Source of the DNA: Antedon mediterranea
Lineage: Eukaryota > Animalia > Echinodermata
Assembly: GCF_964355755.1 (NCBI RefSeq)
Contig: NC_092675.1
Span: forward strand, 14,356,912 to 14,420,911
Direction: 5' to 3'
DNA length: 64,000 nucleotides
Below are positions 51,460 through 64,000 of this stretch, piece by piece. The notes under the pieces are model-generated. The model worked only from the letters and a program-made list of their open reading frames with translations. It did no database searches and was not told the DNA's origin. A program made the translations under genes and the position numbers. How positions within the stretch are numbered: position 1 is the first letter of the stretch; the number at the start of each line of letters is the position of its first letter.

Positions 51460-52424
51460 TATCTGGCGTTTGGTATTGTAAATTTTCAATTTTTGCTATA
51501 GAGTTCTTATTATCACATAACCATATACTGCTTGCATAATTTATGGTTGGTATACCAATTGATTTCCAAAGAATATCACCATAGTATATTCTATTGAAGT
51601 CTTCCTGCCCATTTATTATAGATTTTATATATGATATTACTCTATTCCCCCTTTTAACTACTTCATCAATATGGTAGGTATCTTTTATTTTCCTCCATCC
51701 CCAAATATTTATAATTATTAGTTTTGTTAATAAAGTTATTACCAATTGGCCATTTTCTATATTCATTAAGGCGTTGTCCAGCTACAATAACATTAGATTT
51801 ATTAAAATTAAACACCATTCTCCATTTTGTTGCAAAGTCATTTGCTGCATCCAAAAGTAATTTTAAATCTTGCTCACTGTTTCCAATCAGAATTATATCA
51901 TCAGCCCAGAATAGACTGCCAATATTTATGTCAAAAATATTAATTCCTAATTCTCTTTCTTTAATTATCTTATTAAGATCATTTATATAAATAGTGAATA
52001 GAATTGGAGACAGTGGGCAACCTTGTTTGACCCCTTCATCAATACTAAAAACATCAGTTTCTAAATCTCCAAATGAAACTTTACCTTTTATATCTTTATA
52101 CAAGTTCTTTATAATATTTGATATTTGACGTTTGATTCCTATATTTGCAACTGCGTAAAATAAACCTTCTCTCCAAACGGTGTCAAATGCCTTACTGAAA
52201 TCCATGAAGGCAAGGTAAGTTTTCTTGCCTTCAGCTTGTCGACAAGCATTAATACTCTTCAGTATAAACATGTGATCTTCACATCTTCTGTCTTTACGGA
52301 AGCCTCTCTGTACTTCACCCAATAAATTATTTTCTTCAAGGAAGTTCGACACCGTTTGGGAGATAAGCCTATTGTAAACCTTTGATACTGTAGAGTTTAA
52401 AGTTATGCCTCTGTAGTTGCTTAA

Positions 52425-53963
52425 AGGGGGATTCTGGGTTTAAAATATCATAACAATATAGTAACGAGAAATTAAACAAATTTAATTTCATACACATTTT
52501 TGGGTAAATTCATGGAAGTCTGTTTTTCAGCAGCTTAGGGAAGCTCATTAGATATCATTCATGAGATATTCACATAATCACGTCATCAGTGGATTCCAAA
52601 CTCGCGACGTCATGTACGTTGTGTTTGTTAACTGATTTTCATCTCTCTCCCCTGTCAAACGATGACCACCCGATCATTGTGAAATACATTTTTTGTAGAT
52701 TTTCTAAGCTAGGCCTAAAGTGTAACAATAACAGTAGTAGCATATATTTATTTGACATTTAATGAAATACAAAATTTAGTAAAGATTACGGAGTCTTAAA
52801 TTATATACTATTTTTATACCTCGAATAGTACAGATCGTATTATCGGCTTCACGTACTAGGCTAGGCCTAGCCTAAATCATTTTTTTTTCATGGGTGTTGA
52901 GAGCCATTCTGCTGACTAGGGATTCCATGCCACGATGGCTAGGTTAAAACATTGGAGCCCATCATGGGCCTAGCTAGCCTACTAAACGATTGGCCCATAA
53001 ATAACACAACTCAGTGGATTCCAAACCTATCCTATCAACCAAACTCCTAAACAATCTAAACCTAAAACATTCTACAAAATCGGCTGTAAATATTGAGGCA
53101 AAACAAGGTCCGATCGCCGTCCGCACGTATGGTGTCCCGATCGTCTAAGTAGGCCTGAAATAGGCCTAGTTTACTCTCCAAAAAAGCAGATACCGCATCA
53201 AGCAAGTAGACCAGGTAGTAGGAAGGAGACCTAGCCGATTCGGCCCAGTTAAACATTTAGCTAGCTAGTGTAGTAGACCCTGTGCGAATTGATACTACCA
53301 GTTAAAATTAGCAATACTTATGTTTACAAATATTCCAACTCTCTCATTCGAGCTATATTATCTATACCATTCCGGTAGGTCGAGTCGACCTTCAACCAAA
53401 TACTTTACATCGTTCATGTTGTGATTATAGACGGGGTATACTCGACCCGACCAGTTTGGTTTTGTATACTGTATCTGCTTATCACGTGACAATGCCAGGC
53501 ATGGGCAGAGAGAGCACGTGTATCGTCGTCTCGCTCTCCTCGCTCAGCAAGAATGTATACGTTACGCTTCATTGATTTTGAAGGCTTTCCCTATAAGTCA
53601 GTGCGAAAATCGGCAAACGTAAAGTGCAAACATATCTAATTTTTCACTGTTTTGATGAATTTTCATAGAAAATTTACTTTATAAATGGGAAGACCGACTA
53701 AAATTACATTAGATAAGTATAATTTTGCAAAAGTAATTGATATGGTTAATGATAACGAGTCGTCGGAAGATTGACCATTTCACGAATTTCCTATTCTGTA
53801 ACACAGTGTCATATCGCCGTAGCTGCACTTGTAATCTGGCCTCATTTCACAGCCTTCGTTCTGCTTCACTGGGCGCTTATATAAATTGAAACTTTTACCG
53901 TTCAAGAGACAAAAAAATATATTTTACATTTTTTACTATTCATTTTAAACCCGGAACCCCCCT
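52425..53963. mobile_element. Kolobok-like non-autonomous element
   Basis: TTAA TSD at 52421-24 and 53964-67; TIR AGGGGG(A/G)TTC(T/C)GGGTTTAAAAT. The LINE text GDCRDL|SNYRGITL rejoins across it. Confidence 0.85.
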
Positions 53964-54344
53964 TTAAATCTCTACAGTCACCTTTTTTATATATTGGTAT
54001 CATTTTCTCAATGTTCCATTCATCAGGTATTGTTTCAAGGTTTGATAGTCTCTTAAATAGTTTATACAGGGATATTATTATTTCATCTCCACCGTTTTTC
54101 ATTAGTTCGTTTGTAATGAAATCTAAACCAGTACAGGGCTTTTATTATTTTTACAATTAAGTACGGCATCTTTTACACTATCACATGAGAATATAAAGTC
54201 TTGTAATGAGGGTGCATTTAAGTCATTGTCACACTTTAAAAATTCAGATGTATCATAATCAACATTGTCAAATGTATTATGGTTTTGTTTGTTAATACTA
54301 CTAAAATATGATTTTAATGAATTTTTGATACTATCTGTATCTTA

Positions 54345-54983
54345 TTGTAAATACATAATATAAAAATAACGCTTAAAAAAGAACGACGTTTCGACTCCAT
54401 CATGGGGTCATTATCAAGTCCAATGAATAAAATATAAAACAACAACTAATTAAATAGCACAAGCCAAGGGTCAAAGTTTAAATAACAAAAGACCTATTGT
54501 CTAACATCCTGTCAAATGAAAAGCTTAGCTTATACAAAGTCACTTTGTTTATTCAGACTAGGTTTTAATTGTCTGATATACAACATTTCATAGATAAGAC
54601 AGTCAAATTTGTTTTTGCATTTCCTAAGTATACTAAAACATGAATTAATTTTACTTGGATTAACAATCACGTTATGATCCTTTAAATGCTGTCCTATTAA
54701 GCATCTACTATGTTCAACAATGCGTTGGTAGAGGTGTCGGCATGTATATCCAACATAACTTGCATCGCACAAGTCACATTTAAATGTATACACAACACAT
54801 TGTTGACTTATAATAGTTGGTTTCTTTTCGACTTTGCTAATGTTATCTTTAACTTTTTTACTTATGAATACAGGGAAAATGATTTCGTTTATCTTGGCAT
54901 AGTTGTCGCTTGACGGAGTTCGCAGATTTCTGGTCTTTGAATGGCAGGATGATTCGCACTGGTATTTCGGATAAATCTGTTTC
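54345..54983 (-). mobile_element. Second, shorter copy of the Penelope element
   Basis: Reverse complement of ~41930-42597, including the GIY-YIG ORF at 54530-54793. Confidence 0.92.
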
Positions 54984-55944
54984 GCACAAAAATATTTTTT
55001 GTTTAATTAGAGCTTTTTACGTTTCTCTTGATAATCATTCCATAGTGAGTCACATTCAAGTTGATTGTAAGACGCACTATCTTTTGTTTTACAATAAACA
55101 CGGTGTGCCCGGCAAGCACATTTTCTTTTTTCAATAGAAATATTGATTTCTTCATCATACCATATTTTGCGTTTTCTGTTGTTATTTCTTTGACCGATTG
55201 TATTTTCGGCTGTATATATAACATTATTTTTCCAAAAGTTCCATGTCTCATTAGTATTTAATGAGGATGGGTCCCAATTTTTAAATTTGTCTTTAATTCC
55301 ATTCTGGAATGGTATCCAGTTGGTATCTCTATTTATGTTCCAAATGATTTTATTAGTATCCTCATTGTTATGTTTATTACTATTTGTTTCTAATGTATTG
55401 TTTAATAATTCCAATAATAATAATATGTTATGATCACTACCAATATGATAAATACATAGATCATCAATTACAAGTTACTTAGTAATATCATAATTATACA
55501 TTTCGAGATACAAGTACATAATCTAATATACTATTATGATTACTCTTAGTCCATGTAAATTTCCCAATACATTTGCTATAGCTATTTAATACTGTTAGGT
55601 TACTATCCTCACAAAAATTAAATAGACCATTACCGTTATAATTAATTATATCATCTCCTTGTTTGATGTTATTTCCAATTTTACCATTAAAGTCACCTAA
55701 AACAATAATTTTTACATTGATATCTTCATTTTGTATTGAAAGTACTTCTGAAAGAAGTTCACAATATAATTCGCATGTTAATGGTTTATCAGTACCACCT
55801 TCAAAAGGGAAATAAGCTACACATAAAAAATAGGTTGATTCAGTTTTATTATTTAGTTGGACCTTAGTCAAAAGTTTTTCTAGGTCGTCTGATTTGGTTT
55901 CAAATAAATTATCATCAATTATTTTAATATTCTGTTTTAGTAAC

Positions 55945-57730
55945 GTAACCAAGTTTCATCGAAATACACAAAATGGTCTAAAACGTCTCCAAGTGCGATT
56001 TAAAGCTATTCTAAACACTTTGGTGTTTTTATGTTAACAAGTTTTTTTCGAAATGCACAAAATGGTCTAAAACGTCTCCAAATGCGATTTGAAGCCATTC
56101 GGTACACTTTGATGTTTTGTGTGAAAAAGTTTTGTCGAAATGCTCAAAATGGTCTAAAACGTTTTCAAAATACGATATTAAACTATTTTGTGCACTTTGA
56201 TGTTTTTGTGTGAAAAGTTTTATCCAAATGCTCAAAATGGTCTAAAACGGTTTCAAATGTGATTTTAAGCACTTTGATGTTTTTGTGTAACCAAGTTTCA
56301 TCGAAATGCACAAAATGGTCTAAAACGTCTCCAAATGCGATTTGAAGCTGTTCTAAGCACTTTGGTGTTTTTATGTTAAAAAGTTTTTTCGAAATGCTCA
56401 AAATGGTCTAAAACTGTTTCAAATGTGATTTTAAGCACTTCGATGTTTTTGTGTAACCAAGTTTTATCGAAATGCACAAAAAAAGGTCTAAAACGTCTCC
56501 AAATTCGATTTGAAGCTATTCTAAGCACTCTGGTGTTTTTATGTTAACAGATTTTCTCGAAATGCACAAAATGGTCTAAAACGTCTCCAAATTCGATTTG
56601 AAGCTATTCTGTAAATTTTGATGTTTTGTGTAAAAAAGTGTTGTCGAAATGCTTAAAATGGTCTAAAAGGTTTTCAAATACGATATTAAGCTATTTTATG
56701 CACTTTGATGTTTTTGTGTGGAAAGTTTTATCGAAATGCTCAAACTGAAACCAAGTTTCATCAAAATGCACAAAATGGTCTAAAACCTCTACTATTGCGA
56801 TTTGAAGCTATTCTGTACACTATGATGTTTTGTGTGAAAAAGTTTTGTTGAAATGCTCAAAATGGTGTAAAACGTCTCCAAATACAATATTAAGCTATTT
56901 TGTACACTTTGATGTTTTGAATGAAAAAGTTTTGTAGAAATGCTCAAAATGGTCTAAAACGTTTTCAAATACGATATTAAGCTATTTTGTGCTCTTTGAT
57001 GTTTTTGTGTGAAAAGTTTTTTCGAAAATCACAAAATGGTCTAAAACGTCTCCAAATGCGATTTGAAGCTATTCTAAGCACTTTGGTGTTTTTATGTTAA
57101 CAAGTTTTTTCGAAATGCACAAAATGGTCTAAAACGTCTCCAAATGCGATTTTAAGTTATTCTGTACACTTTGATGTTTTGTGTGAAAAAGTTTTGTCGA
57201 AATGCTCAAAATGGCGTAATACGGTTTCTAATGTGATTTTAAGCACTTTGATGTTGTTGTGTAACCAAATGCGATTTGAAGCTATTCTAAGCACTTTTGT
57301 GTTTTTATGTTAACAAGTTTTTTGGAGACGTTTTGGAGACGTTTTAGACCATTTTGTGCATTTCGATGAAACTTGGTTACACAAAAACATCAAAGTGCTT
57401 AAAATCACATTATAAACCGTTTTAGACCCTTTTGAGCATTTTGATAGCACTTTTCACACAAAAACATCAAAGAGCACAAAATAGCTTAATATCGTATTTA
57501 AAAACGTTTTAGACCATTTTGAGCATTTCGACAAAACTTTTTCACACAAAACATCAAAGTGTACAAAAAAGCTTCAAATCGCATTTGGAGACGTTTTAGA
57601 CCATTTTGAGCATTTCGAGAAAAATTTTTCACACAAAACATCAAAGTGTACAGAATAGTTTCAAATCGCGTTTGGAGACGTTTTAGACCATTTTGTGATT
57701 TTCGAAAAAAACTTGTTAACATAAAAACAC
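55945..57730. repeat. ~76-89-bp satellite with four monomer variants; orientation flips at ~57323
   Basis: The core CGAAATGC(A/T)CAAAATGGTCTAAAACG recurs every 76-89 bp and is reverse-complemented at 57323-57730. Confidence 0.95.
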
Positions 57731-60700
57731 CCTGGATGAAGGTGAAAAAGATGTTGATGTCGTTTTATCACGTGGATTTTCAGAGGGAATCTAATTGAAA
57801 GTTAACCAACATTGTATACCCAACGCCAGTTTTTTTCTCAAATGATACATTTAAAAAGTAGGTATAAATGTTTTTTTCCATATCAGTTTAAAAATAATTT
57901 TTTCTGTTGAATTCTTTGATTTAATTGGATACTTTAGTTATCCTTGAATGTTTATAAAGGTTCGTATTCATATAGCCTGGCTGGGTTTTTTCCTATGCTA
58001 GCTAGGCCCAGGCCCCCTCGCGTGGTTAAAACCAGCTGTGTAAGACTAATGGCTGTGTATTTTTAACAGGTAAACATGTCTGTTCTGGGGCCTGAGTGAC
58101 AGTTTAAAGCTGTTTCTAGTAGGCTAGCCTGGTCCTAATTAACAATGAGGCCTAGCCTAGGACCTAGGCCTAAAATATTTAAAAAATCATATCGGAAGGG
58201 GAGTTACACTACAGTAGGTCAGGCTACATGCCTATACTATATATAAAATATAGACTACATCATAAGCAGGTTAAAGGCCTAGCAGCCTACCTAAACCTGT
58301 CTTAGTCAAAGATAAGTTCTCGGGGGTGTAATATAATAATAGAAAGAAGCTATAGAGTACTGTGACATTAGATATTTAATTATAACAAATGTATATTTCT
58401 TTTATATTTGTATTGTATATTTATTATTAATACAGTATTTTGATATGCAATCAAATTCTGAATCAGTAAATAACATCAATTTCCGTTATCAATCAATTAA
58501 TATATTAAAACCACATTAATATAAAATAACTTTCAAAAAATTCAATTCAATTACAATTCATATACCATTTGTTAATATTTCCAAAATCATTGTTCTAGCA
58601 ATAAAAAAAAAACACTACCATTCAAAAAGTATACTGTACATAATATACAATACTGTAACAATTAATTGTAACAAATGTATATTTCTTTCATATTTGTATT
58701 GTATATTTATTTATTATTATTTTGATATGCAATCAAAATCTGAATCAGTAAATAACATCAATTTCCGTTATCAATCAATTTATTAAAACCAAATTAAAAT
58801 AAAATAACTTCCAAAAAATTCAATTACAATTCATATACCATTTGTTAATATTTCCAAAATCATTGTTCTGGCAATAAAAAAAAACCACTACCATTCATAA
58901 TATGTACAATACTGTAACAATTAACTGAGTGAGAAATAGCAAACTATTCCTCAACTTTTCTGAACTTGGGCCTAGTCACCTCATGCTTGATCTCGGGTGA
59001 AATAAAAGTCAGAGGTGACTTCATGATTGACATAAGCTGGTCAAGGTTGCTCTTTAATCCATATACCGCCCTTTTCCGGCGATTAAATTTTGAGTGGATT
59101 AATTCGCCGCCTTGATCAGCTAAGAGTCCAACTCCTACTCTCCATTCTCTCATGAATGGTATTGTGTGGTGCTCCAACATGTGCAATTTTGGTTGAATCA
59201 CATTTGGAGCGATGCGTCTGTATTCTTTGGAGAACAGTTGTATGTAGGTTTCTGTTTTGAGAAAAAAATGTTTTTTTAAATTTTAACATTTTATTTGAAA
59301 GATGTATTGTCTTTTGAAATGACCAAAAATCATTAATTAAATTTTAATGTAACAAGAAAGTTTATAAATGAGAATTTAAATTATACAGATGTTTGAAGAA
59401 ATTAATCACACATTAAGAATAAATAAAACGAGACAAAATTCACATAATTTGGTCATCAGTTTTTGCTTACCATATTATTGATCTATTTCTGAATCAGTGA
59501 TGCGCCTAATATGGTTTATGCATTCATGGACATTTGTAAAGGTTTTGAATACAGGTGTAAATGATTCCTGTATCTTGTGCAATTTTGTTTCAAGCAGTTG
59601 CTTACAGTTTGTAGGACAGTGATGTATCTGTTGCTTTAAAATCATTGAGACACCATCCATGAACTTTTCTATGATGTTGAACTAAAAATAAAATGAATAG
59701 TTTAAAATAAAACATTTACAGTATGGCGAGAGTCAATCGCAAATAATTCTTAATTTTATTACTTATTTTGCTGTGTAAAAATTAACGAACTTCAAATTTT
59801 AGGAATTTTAGTTACTCACATTGCATGCTCTGTATACATGGTTTCCCCACAAAACTCTATCCGTGGTACTGCTGTCGAGGAATTTTATTTTTCCTCAACA
59901 CCTCGTCCATTTTTGTACATAGAGGTCCAGTTCCAAATTTTATCTCTTGGTTCATAGTACTTCGCTATATAAAATATATAAAAGAAATATAGCATTATTT
60001 TTTATAGTATTGTATGTTTTAGACATAATTTTAAATGTTAAAGGTGTATACTGTAGTACTGACCAAGTCTTTGACCTCTTGTTCTTTCAGATTTATTCTA
60101 TGACCAGTCTCTGCAATATCTGAAATCTTGTTATGCTGTTTTGTCACAAGTGACACTGAGAGCTCGTTTCTTAAGCTTTGTCTACACTATCAAACTTTAT
60201 GTGTCAAAAAAGTTTGATGTGCCTATATATGGTAGTGCTATGCTTAAATATGGTAGTGATATGACATCATCATGTCCATATATGGGCACATCATATTTTT
60301 TTGACACATGAAGTTTGATAGTGTAGACAAAGCTTTTAATCCTCAAGCTTTTCTTCTAAAGACTGGATTTTAATAATTGTAGAATTTCAATGCGCTGCAG
60401 CTTCTGATATGCTTTTCTCAAAGTCTGCTAGATGATCACCTGAGATTAAACAATATTGGTCAATCAAATAAATTTCAATCTGCATCAAAAATGAGCATCA
60501 AAATTAGTAAATTTAAAAAATGTTAATGATAATATGGATAATTCATAGAAAAATAAGTTTCAGGCAAAGGTTTGTTTATTATGCATAAAAACAGGATAAA
60601 CAATTTCGAAATTCACTAAATTCTATGCTCAAATGGACAATGTATATTTAAAAAGCAACTTGACCAATTGAGTTTATTTAATGTCAATGTAAAGTTGAAA

Positions 60701-63345
60701 CAACATTTGAAGTTACCAGTCAAGATGTCACCATCCTGTCGCATGTTAAAAATTATAACATCAAGATTGTGCACGTCTTTTTCCAGCATATCATAGAGTT
60801 TCTTAAACAACCCAAGAGAAATGTGTAATGCTGGTATTGACACCTAGAAAAATAGTTGATTGAGGAAATATTTAATAAAGAGGTATATTTATAAATTACT
60901 GTAACAATTGTTTGTTTTGACAGTTATTTTATACTAACATTGTTATTTAATATGGAAGTACAAAACACATTTCATTGTTTGGAGTGTGTATTAAACTTGC
61001 TAAATTGAGATTTTAATTAATTTTGAATTTAACACTGGGGGCCTGTGCTGTTATGATTATTTACCTACCCTGTTTAATTCGATGTCTACCAGGTATGGCC
61101 TAACAACGCTGTGCGATATTGTTTTGCTTTTTTTTGTCACTCCCATGGTCTACAAAAGACTTGTAGTCACGATTGTAGGTCTTGAGACATCTACAGGCTT
61201 GAAGAACATTGTTGGTTGTAATGCCATCTTGATTACAAAAACAATAGATGGAACTGTACTTTCCTTTAAAAAAAAATCTATTTTTAAATCTACATAATAT
61301 ATATAGTACTTCAGTTTTGTGTAACAAATGCCAAACAATGAGAGCTAATAGCCAAAATATTAAAAAAAAAATGTATTGAAACTGGAAATTGTACTTACCA
61401 TTTGGGCCAACAAGTCCATATACCTTTGACAAAAAATCATAATCCCCAAAAAAGAATAGGCGGATATTGTGAGTTCTGTAAAATGAGAAGCTATTTTCAT
61501 TCAATTACCATGAATTCTAATTAATTACATTAATCATAATTAAAGATATACAAATTATGTAAAATTTTCAAATTAAGTTGCATATTACAATTATGTAGCT
61601 CTGCTATATACTTAAGTGTATTTAATATTACTTTTTGGTCTTTGGTGAGGTCCACTGGTTTCCATCTAAATCCATGACTTCATCATGAACCGGTTTCCAG
61701 CCTTTTTCGACATTAACTATAAAATCTGGTGCTTGGAATGCTAAAATGACAATAATATTGTGCAGTGCATTGGGTTTAGGTAAACTGCAAATTTGAACTT
61801 CAAATTTAGTGGTATCACCACCCTTGTCTCCTCCAAACTTGAGAAATATGTCTCCATCTTTGAAGAAGTTCAATTCATCAGACATACAACATTTAAAATT
61901 GCTTGTTAATTTTTGGTACTTGATTATTTTGTTAAAAAATAAAATATAATTTAATTCTTCCCTGACTAGATGTGTAATTATTTTATTCTTATATTTATAC
62001 CACATGCGATCTATTATAGTATATATAATTTGTGCCAATAATACAGTACTGATGTATGAAATAGGTTTTTTTTAAAATAACAACAAAAAATGTTACATAC
62101 ATATCATATTATTTGTTTAGGTAGTCATAGATTAGTTCTTTGATTTTGGTTAGTCGGACTACTGCAACCTCCTCCAAAACAAGACCTCCTATAGATGTGG
62201 CTTCATCTCGTTTGACAAACATGTATTCCATAGAATCTACTATGTGATCACCGATAATCTGTTCTTGGCAAATGTGCCTTTGCCTTTCAGAAGCCAAAAC
62301 TCCTGGGCAAAATCTATATTTAAAAAAAAATGTATATACAGTAATGATTAATTATAGTTTTTATAGCTAATTTTATTCTAAATTCAATTTAAAAAAAAGT
62401 AAACTGTTGACTGAATAATAGTAAACAGTGGCTGTGTGGCCCCACGGAGGTCCACATACCCGACACAAAAAGCAATAATAAAATAAATTACCTCCGCAGT
62501 GCTCGTTGCTGGTTCCAATTTATGCGGCAGGCATTCATGATTGCCAAACATCTTTGGGGGTCCATTTTCTCTTCAGTACTGGTAACACTAACAGTTGTGG
62601 TGTACTCCGATTGTTTAACAATGTTTATTGGCTGAATTTGATCAAATAAAATATTTGTATGATTTATCAAATAATAATGTATATGAGTGGATCAAGAGTG
62701 TAAGCCTACATTATGATAAATTTAAATTAATTGTAATGGGTTAAAAAACTCACCCGTCCTCGAGTCATAAGTGACACTTTCTTAATATTCATAAGGTCAT
62801 TCCGTACTATGTTGTGTGCTATGCTTTTCAATTATTTTGGCCAAACCTCATTTGTTTGGGCAGTACATGTAATTTCGTCAACTGCACTTACAATTTTGGT
62901 GAATGCCTCTTCTTTAAACGTTTTACAAACATGATTGGGGGTTTCTGACCAAACTAATTGAATTTTACATTGTTTGCATTGCAAAGGGACTCGTTTAAGC
63001 GATTGTTCTACAATAAGTGGAACTGGTTTGAGATCTTTGTCACTGACAATTTTGCTGCAGTTATAACAATCAATTGATTCTCGTCATACTGCCTTAAACA
63101 ATTTTTTTATGAAAAATGTACAAAAAAATGTTGACAAGGTGTCTGCTGGCTGTCAATTGACAACAAATTATTGCAGATCTGACATTCATACACTTGATTA
63201 TCATAATATTTAAATTGAGGGTTTAGTAGCAAGTGCTCATGGGTGGGAATAAAACTGCCAGTAGTATTGCTTCTGTTTTCGGGAAACTAGCATTTCTTCA
63301 GCCTTCGACCAGGTCTTGATTGTTGACTGAACAAGTAGCACGCTA
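57731..63345 (-). mobile_element. Chapaev transposon lacking both termini, with a multi-exon transposase pseudogene
   Basis: Exonic motifs: LKFGGDKGGDTTKF, FFGDYDFLSKVYGL, PALHISLG, RQQYHG.SFVGNHV and PKLHMLEHH..ADQGGELIH, plus an N-terminal RING finger. It belongs to the same family as 15970-19725. Confidence 0.85.
60174..60334. mobile_element. Hairpin MITE (Harbinger-like) inside a Chapaev exon
   Basis: TIR AGCTTTGTCTACACTATCAAACTT. The element is absent from the homologous site near 17972. Confidence 0.8.
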
Positions 63346-64000
63346 AGAAAATCACAAAATGGTCTAAAATGTCTCCAAATGCGATTGGAAGCTATTCTTA
63401 GCACTTTGGTGTTTTTATGTTTTTATGTTTTTATGTTAACAAGTTTTTTCGAAAATCACAAAAATGGTCTAAAACGTCTCCAAATGCGATTTCAAGCTAT
63501 TCTAAGCACATTGGGGTTTTTATGTTAACAAGTTTTTTTCGAAAATCACAAAATGGTCTAAAACGTCTCCAAATGCGATTTGAAGCAATTCTAAGCACTT
63601 TGGTGTTTTGTGTGAAAAAGTTTTGTCGAAATGCTCAAATTTGTCTAAAACGTTTTTAAATACAATATTAAGCTATTTTGTGCTCTTTGATGTTTTTGTG
63701 TGAAAAGTGTTATCGAAATGCTCAAAATGGTCTAAAACGGTTTCCAATGTGATTTTAAGCAATTTGATGTTTTTGTGTAACCAAGTTTTTTCGAAAATCA
63801 CAAAATGGTCTAAAACGTCTCCAAATGCGATTTGTAGCTATTCTTAGCACTTTGGTGTTTTTATGTTAACAAGTTTTTTCGAAAATCACAAAAGGGTCTA
63901 AAACGTCTCCAAATGCGATTTGAAGCTATTCTGTACACTTTTATGTTTTGTGTGAAAAAGTTTTGTCGAAATGCTCAAAATGGCCTAAAACGTTTTAAAA
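63346..64000 (+). repeat. ~88-bp satellite continuing off the right edge of the window
   Basis: Same monomers as 55945-57322. Confidence 0.95.

Larger units (their letters stand above)
47146..55945 (-). mobile_element. APE-RT LINE (RTE-X/Proto2-like, clade uncertain), 5'-truncated, inserted in the satellite and carrying four insertions
   Basis: APE motifs are IIVLGDFNG and SILDYVLV. RT motifs are DFSKAFD, GVKQGCPLSP and FWADD, followed by EALYGELGW and a C-terminal Cys motif. A (TAA)n tail lies at ~47146-47161. The satellite resumes in register after GTAA. Confidence 0.85.

Noticed and set aside
55945-57730. Short ORFs in the satellite (56029-56401, 57498-57722, and also 63417-63659)
   Set aside because: They are translations of tandem repeats.
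57731-63345. Bona fide RAG1/RAG1L-RAG2L (ProtoRAG) locus
   Set aside because: The core motifs (GGDKGG, GDYDFL, LHISLG, DQGGE) and the 4-bp TSD of the sister copy fit Chapaev. No RAG2-like sequence was seen.
5790-63345. Functional link between Transib (RAG1 core) and Chapaev (RAG1 N-terminus) in one window
   Set aside because: They are independent, decayed insertions in a TE-saturated region, so co-occurrence is expected by chance.

Overview
This is AT-rich metazoan DNA, probably from a marine invertebrate. An echinoderm such as a crinoid is only a guess from the repeat repertoire and the CTAGGCCTAG-rich tracts. I see no host gene. The window is a stack of nested mobile elements, many with readable termini and target-site duplications (TSDs). 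From left to right: the end of a Harbinger element with a MADF domain; an ISL2EU/Harbinger element (1241-8513) carrying an 8-bp-TSD element and a Transib with RSS-like ends; a full-length Ngaro/DIRS tyrosine-recombinase retrotransposon (9734-21391) inside an L1/Tx1-like LINE, carrying a TA-TSD element, a Chapaev element and an array of bulged hairpins; and an ~88-bp satellite array. The satellite hosts a 21-kb rearranged Polinton/Maverick (25764-47005, TSD ATGGTC), an RT LINE with four nested insertions, and a second, multi-exon Chapaev with a RAG1-like RING finger. The Polinton retains integrase, pPolB and ATPase remnants, an open Bcl-2-like ORF, a tandem-SIM ORF and a 5-kb palindrome, and it is invaded by CACTA, Helitron, Gypsy and Penelope elements. 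The best leads are the Polinton's host-manipulation cargo (Bcl-2-like and SIM proteins), its snap-back architecture, and the Ngaro hairpin array. All protein assignments come from motif recognition by eye; no database searches were run.
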